This document shows positions 61,917 through 64,000 of a stretch of DNA of 64,000 bases, in pieces. The notes below the pieces were generated by a model. The model saw nothing but the letters and a program-made list of their open reading frames with translations, made no database searches and had not been told where the DNA came from. The translations under genes were made by a program, and so were the position numbers. Within the stretch, counting starts at the first letter, position 1. Every line of letters begins with the position of its first letter. The DNA comes from Promethearchaeota archaeon (GTDB lineage Archaea > Asgardarchaeota > Lokiarchaeia > Sigyniarchaeales > SOKP01): positions 128,001 to 192,000 of the forward strand of contig JBHLOC010000003.1 in assembly GCA_048940925.1 (NCBI GenBank), written 5' to 3'.

Positions 61917-63878
61917 TTAATATAAGTCTTTAATAACAAATTCTAAGTTAAGCTCTTTCAATGTATCTTTTAAAGGATATCCATTTTCAGGATTCCATCC
62001 CATTTCGTAACAATATCCTTTATAAAAATCTTCATATTCTATTGTTATGCCTTTTGTTGGTCCCTTAATATCAGGAGGATCTCCAATTACTCTTCCCGGT
62101 AAGGTGTTTTTTGCTATATCTATTCCTTCACGTAAGGTGAAAGCTTGTCTTAAAGTTTGAATTCTTAACCCTATTTTAATTATTTCATCAATATTGATTC
62201 CCCAACCTGTAAATGAATTTAGAATGTCAAGGAATGGATAAGATCCAAATAAAGTGGAAAAGGAGCATAATCCAGCACTGTTTAATACTTGGTGAAAAGC
62301 AGTGACTAATTTTTGTGCTTTTTGTTTCTTTTTTTCATTATACTTCCAATTTTTTGGTAAAGTAAACCCTTTTTGAAATTTATTGATTGGTCCAATATCC
62401 ATAAAATCAATACTTGCTGCTGTATGCCTTCCCGGAGTAGGATCATAATTATAAGTAAAAGCTAATGAAGGAAAAATCCTTGGATTATGCATTGCTATTT
62501 CTGAACCTAAAGAAGATATAGAATATTTGTATGAATCTTTTCCTATTCTTTGAGCAGCGAGTTCGCTTCCATCAGCTAAAATATCTCCAACTCCATCTCT
62601 TTTAATTATTTTCTTCACTAATTCGATAATTGCTTTCGAATTCCCCCACGTGAGATTTAAACCATCAGTATCTTCTTTTGTTAAAATATTATTTTCAAAG
62701 CATTCGATAGCAAAAGCAATAGTAGCACCCGTAGAAATTGTGTCTATTGCAGCGCGATTACAGATCTCATTTATTTCAAATATGGACATTAGATCATCAT
62801 TTAGCAAAAGAGCCCCAAATGCGCAACATGTTTCATATTCTGGTTGGTGAGTTTCTTCTAAGTTTAATTCTGGAACTTTCAAAATTCCGCCACATTGTAT
62901 TGGACAACTAAAACACCCATATTCTCTTATTTTATAATTGTAAATTTTTGTTGATGAGATTTTTTTTGAGTTTTTGAAAGGAAAATCAAGATAGGTTCCA
63001 TTCCAGTTTTTAATTGGACTATCGCCAATTTCTGCCATTAATGTATTTCCTACGCTTGTACCAAGAGTATGATAAATATCTCTCAATAGGCTTGCTGTAG
63101 AAATCATCCCTATTCTGAACCTTCGCATTGTCTTAGCTTGTTTTGGGATAATTTTTAAAAGACGACTTTTAAATTTCCCTGGTTCTTTTGCTGTACCCTT
63201 TTTATTATATTTTTTTACTAAATTAATAAATTTATTTTTGTCGTTTATAGAAATTTTATGGTTTCCTTTCAAAACTAACATTTTCAATTTTTTCGAACCC
63301 ATAATTGCTCCTAACCCTGATCTTGCCGCAATTCTACCTTTATCATTGGCGATTCCTGAGATCCGAGATAACTTTTCTCCGGCTATCCCTATTGCAGCAG
63401 TTTTAATGAATTTCCCGTGTTTTTTTTTAAGTTTTTCTTCAGCTTCGATAACATCAATACCCCAAATATCTGTTGCATCTGATATTTCTTTATCTTCTCC
63501 TATTAGTGAAATATATTTAGGTTTTGATGCTGCGCCTATTATTAAGATAGCATCATATCCACACTTTTTTATTTCTGGACCAAAAGTTCCTCCCGAATTA
63601 GAATCTCCCCACGTCCCTGTCAGTGGAGATTTTCCAGCAACCATATATCTTCCTGAAAATGGTGCTGCTGTGCCTGTTAATAATCCCGGAAAAAAACCAA
63701 TAATTGATTCAGAACTTAAAGGATCAATTTTAGCAGGCATATTTTCATAAATTAATTTTACAGCTAAACCATATCCCCCCAGATATTGGTGATATATCAA
63801 TTCAGGGATTGATTCTTCCTTGAAAGTCCCTTCAGTGAGATTAACCCATAAAACTTTTCCAAAGAATCCAGTTCCCAT
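61917..63878 (-). CDS. aor: Aldehyde:ferredoxin oxidoreductase (W/Mo AOR family)
   Basis: KSPLTG, GLGAIMGSKKLK, CFSCPIQC, PEYET, DTISTG and GLC. Confidence 0.93.
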   Translation of the reverse strand: MGTGFFGKVLWVNLTEGTFKEESIPELIYHQYLGGYGLAVKLIYENMPAKIDPLSSESIIGFFPGLLTGTAAPFSGRYMVAGKSPLTGTWGDSNSGGTFGPEIKKCGYDAILIIGAASKPKYISLIGEDKEISDATDIWGIDVIEAEEKLKKKHGKFIKTAAIGIAGEKLSRISGIANDKGRIAARSGLGAIMGSKKLKMLVLKGNHKISINDKNKFINLVKKYNKKGTAKEPGKFKSRLLKIIPKQAKTMRRFRIGMISTASLLRDIYHTLGTSVGNTLMAEIGDSPIKNWNGTYLDFPFKNSKKISSTKIYNYKIREYGCFSCPIQCGGILKVPELNLEETHQPEYETCCAFGALLLNDDLMSIFEINEICNRAAIDTISTGATIAFAIECFENNILTKEDTDGLNLTWGNSKAIIELVKKIIKRDGVGDILADGSELAAQRIGKDSYKYSISSLGSEIAMHNPRIFPSLAFTYNYDPTPGRHTAASIDFMDIGPINKFQKGFTLPKNWKYNEKKKQKAQKLVTAFHQVLNSAGLCSFSTLFGSYPFLDILNSFTGWGINIDEIIKIGLRIQTLRQAFTLREGIDIAKNTLPGRVIGDPPDIKGPTKGITIEYEDFYKGYCYEMGWNPENGYPLKDTLKELNLEFVIKDLY

Positions 63879-64000
63879 ATTGTTTGTCTTAATTTCTTTA
63901 AATTGTAGTCTAATCTGTTTAAATTTATAATCGAGAAGTGAAGTATAAATTAAGAATATTTGGAATTTTCATAATTAGTTTTTTGATATTTATATAAGAG

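Noticed and set aside
532-63750. Many 60-170 aa ORFs antisense to or overlapping well-supported genes (e.g. 897..1250, 17580..17879, 49697..50167, 52729..53214, 63238..63750)
   Set aside because: Shadow frames of real genes; no motifs and no independent signals.
1-64000. tRNA, rRNA, SECIS or riboswitch
   Set aside because: No GC-rich structured segment or interrupted selenoprotein frame seen by eye; a covariance-model search is needed to exclude small RNAs.

Overview
AT-rich chromosomal window from an Asgard archaeon, most likely Lokiarchaeia. This is inferred from a Loki-type profilin, Rab-like GTPases, longin/uDENN-like proteins, archaeal TFB, proteasome alpha, RFC and AOR. It holds about 52 genes and I found no tRNA, rRNA, CRISPR array or transposase. 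Blocks from left to right: (1) PolB2 with its small partner gene, and a Walker-A-less RadA paralogue 8.7 kb away; (2) GH20, QueG-like, CWH43-like membrane EEP, 7TM+longin and profilin; (3) Rab, proteasome alpha, wHTH and a 2128-aa tandem-repeat protein; (4) a three-gene RFC clamp-loader operon with a degenerate second small subunit; (5) a lipid/isoprenoid-type oxidoreductase cluster interrupted by a REC-longin fusion; (6) grpE-dnaK-dnaJ-clpB-tfb with candidate operators; (7) a steroid 5-alpha-reductase-like pair, pyruvate kinase and AOR. The best candidate for an undescribed system is a physically split but apparently co-regulated, PCNA-linked damage-tolerance (mutasome-like) module. The upstream regions of the PolB2 operon and the RadA-like gene align without gaps, share a box at the same distance from the start codon, and both PolB2 and the RadA-like protein end in PIP-box-like motifs. 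All functional calls come from motif recognition by eye; no database searches were run.
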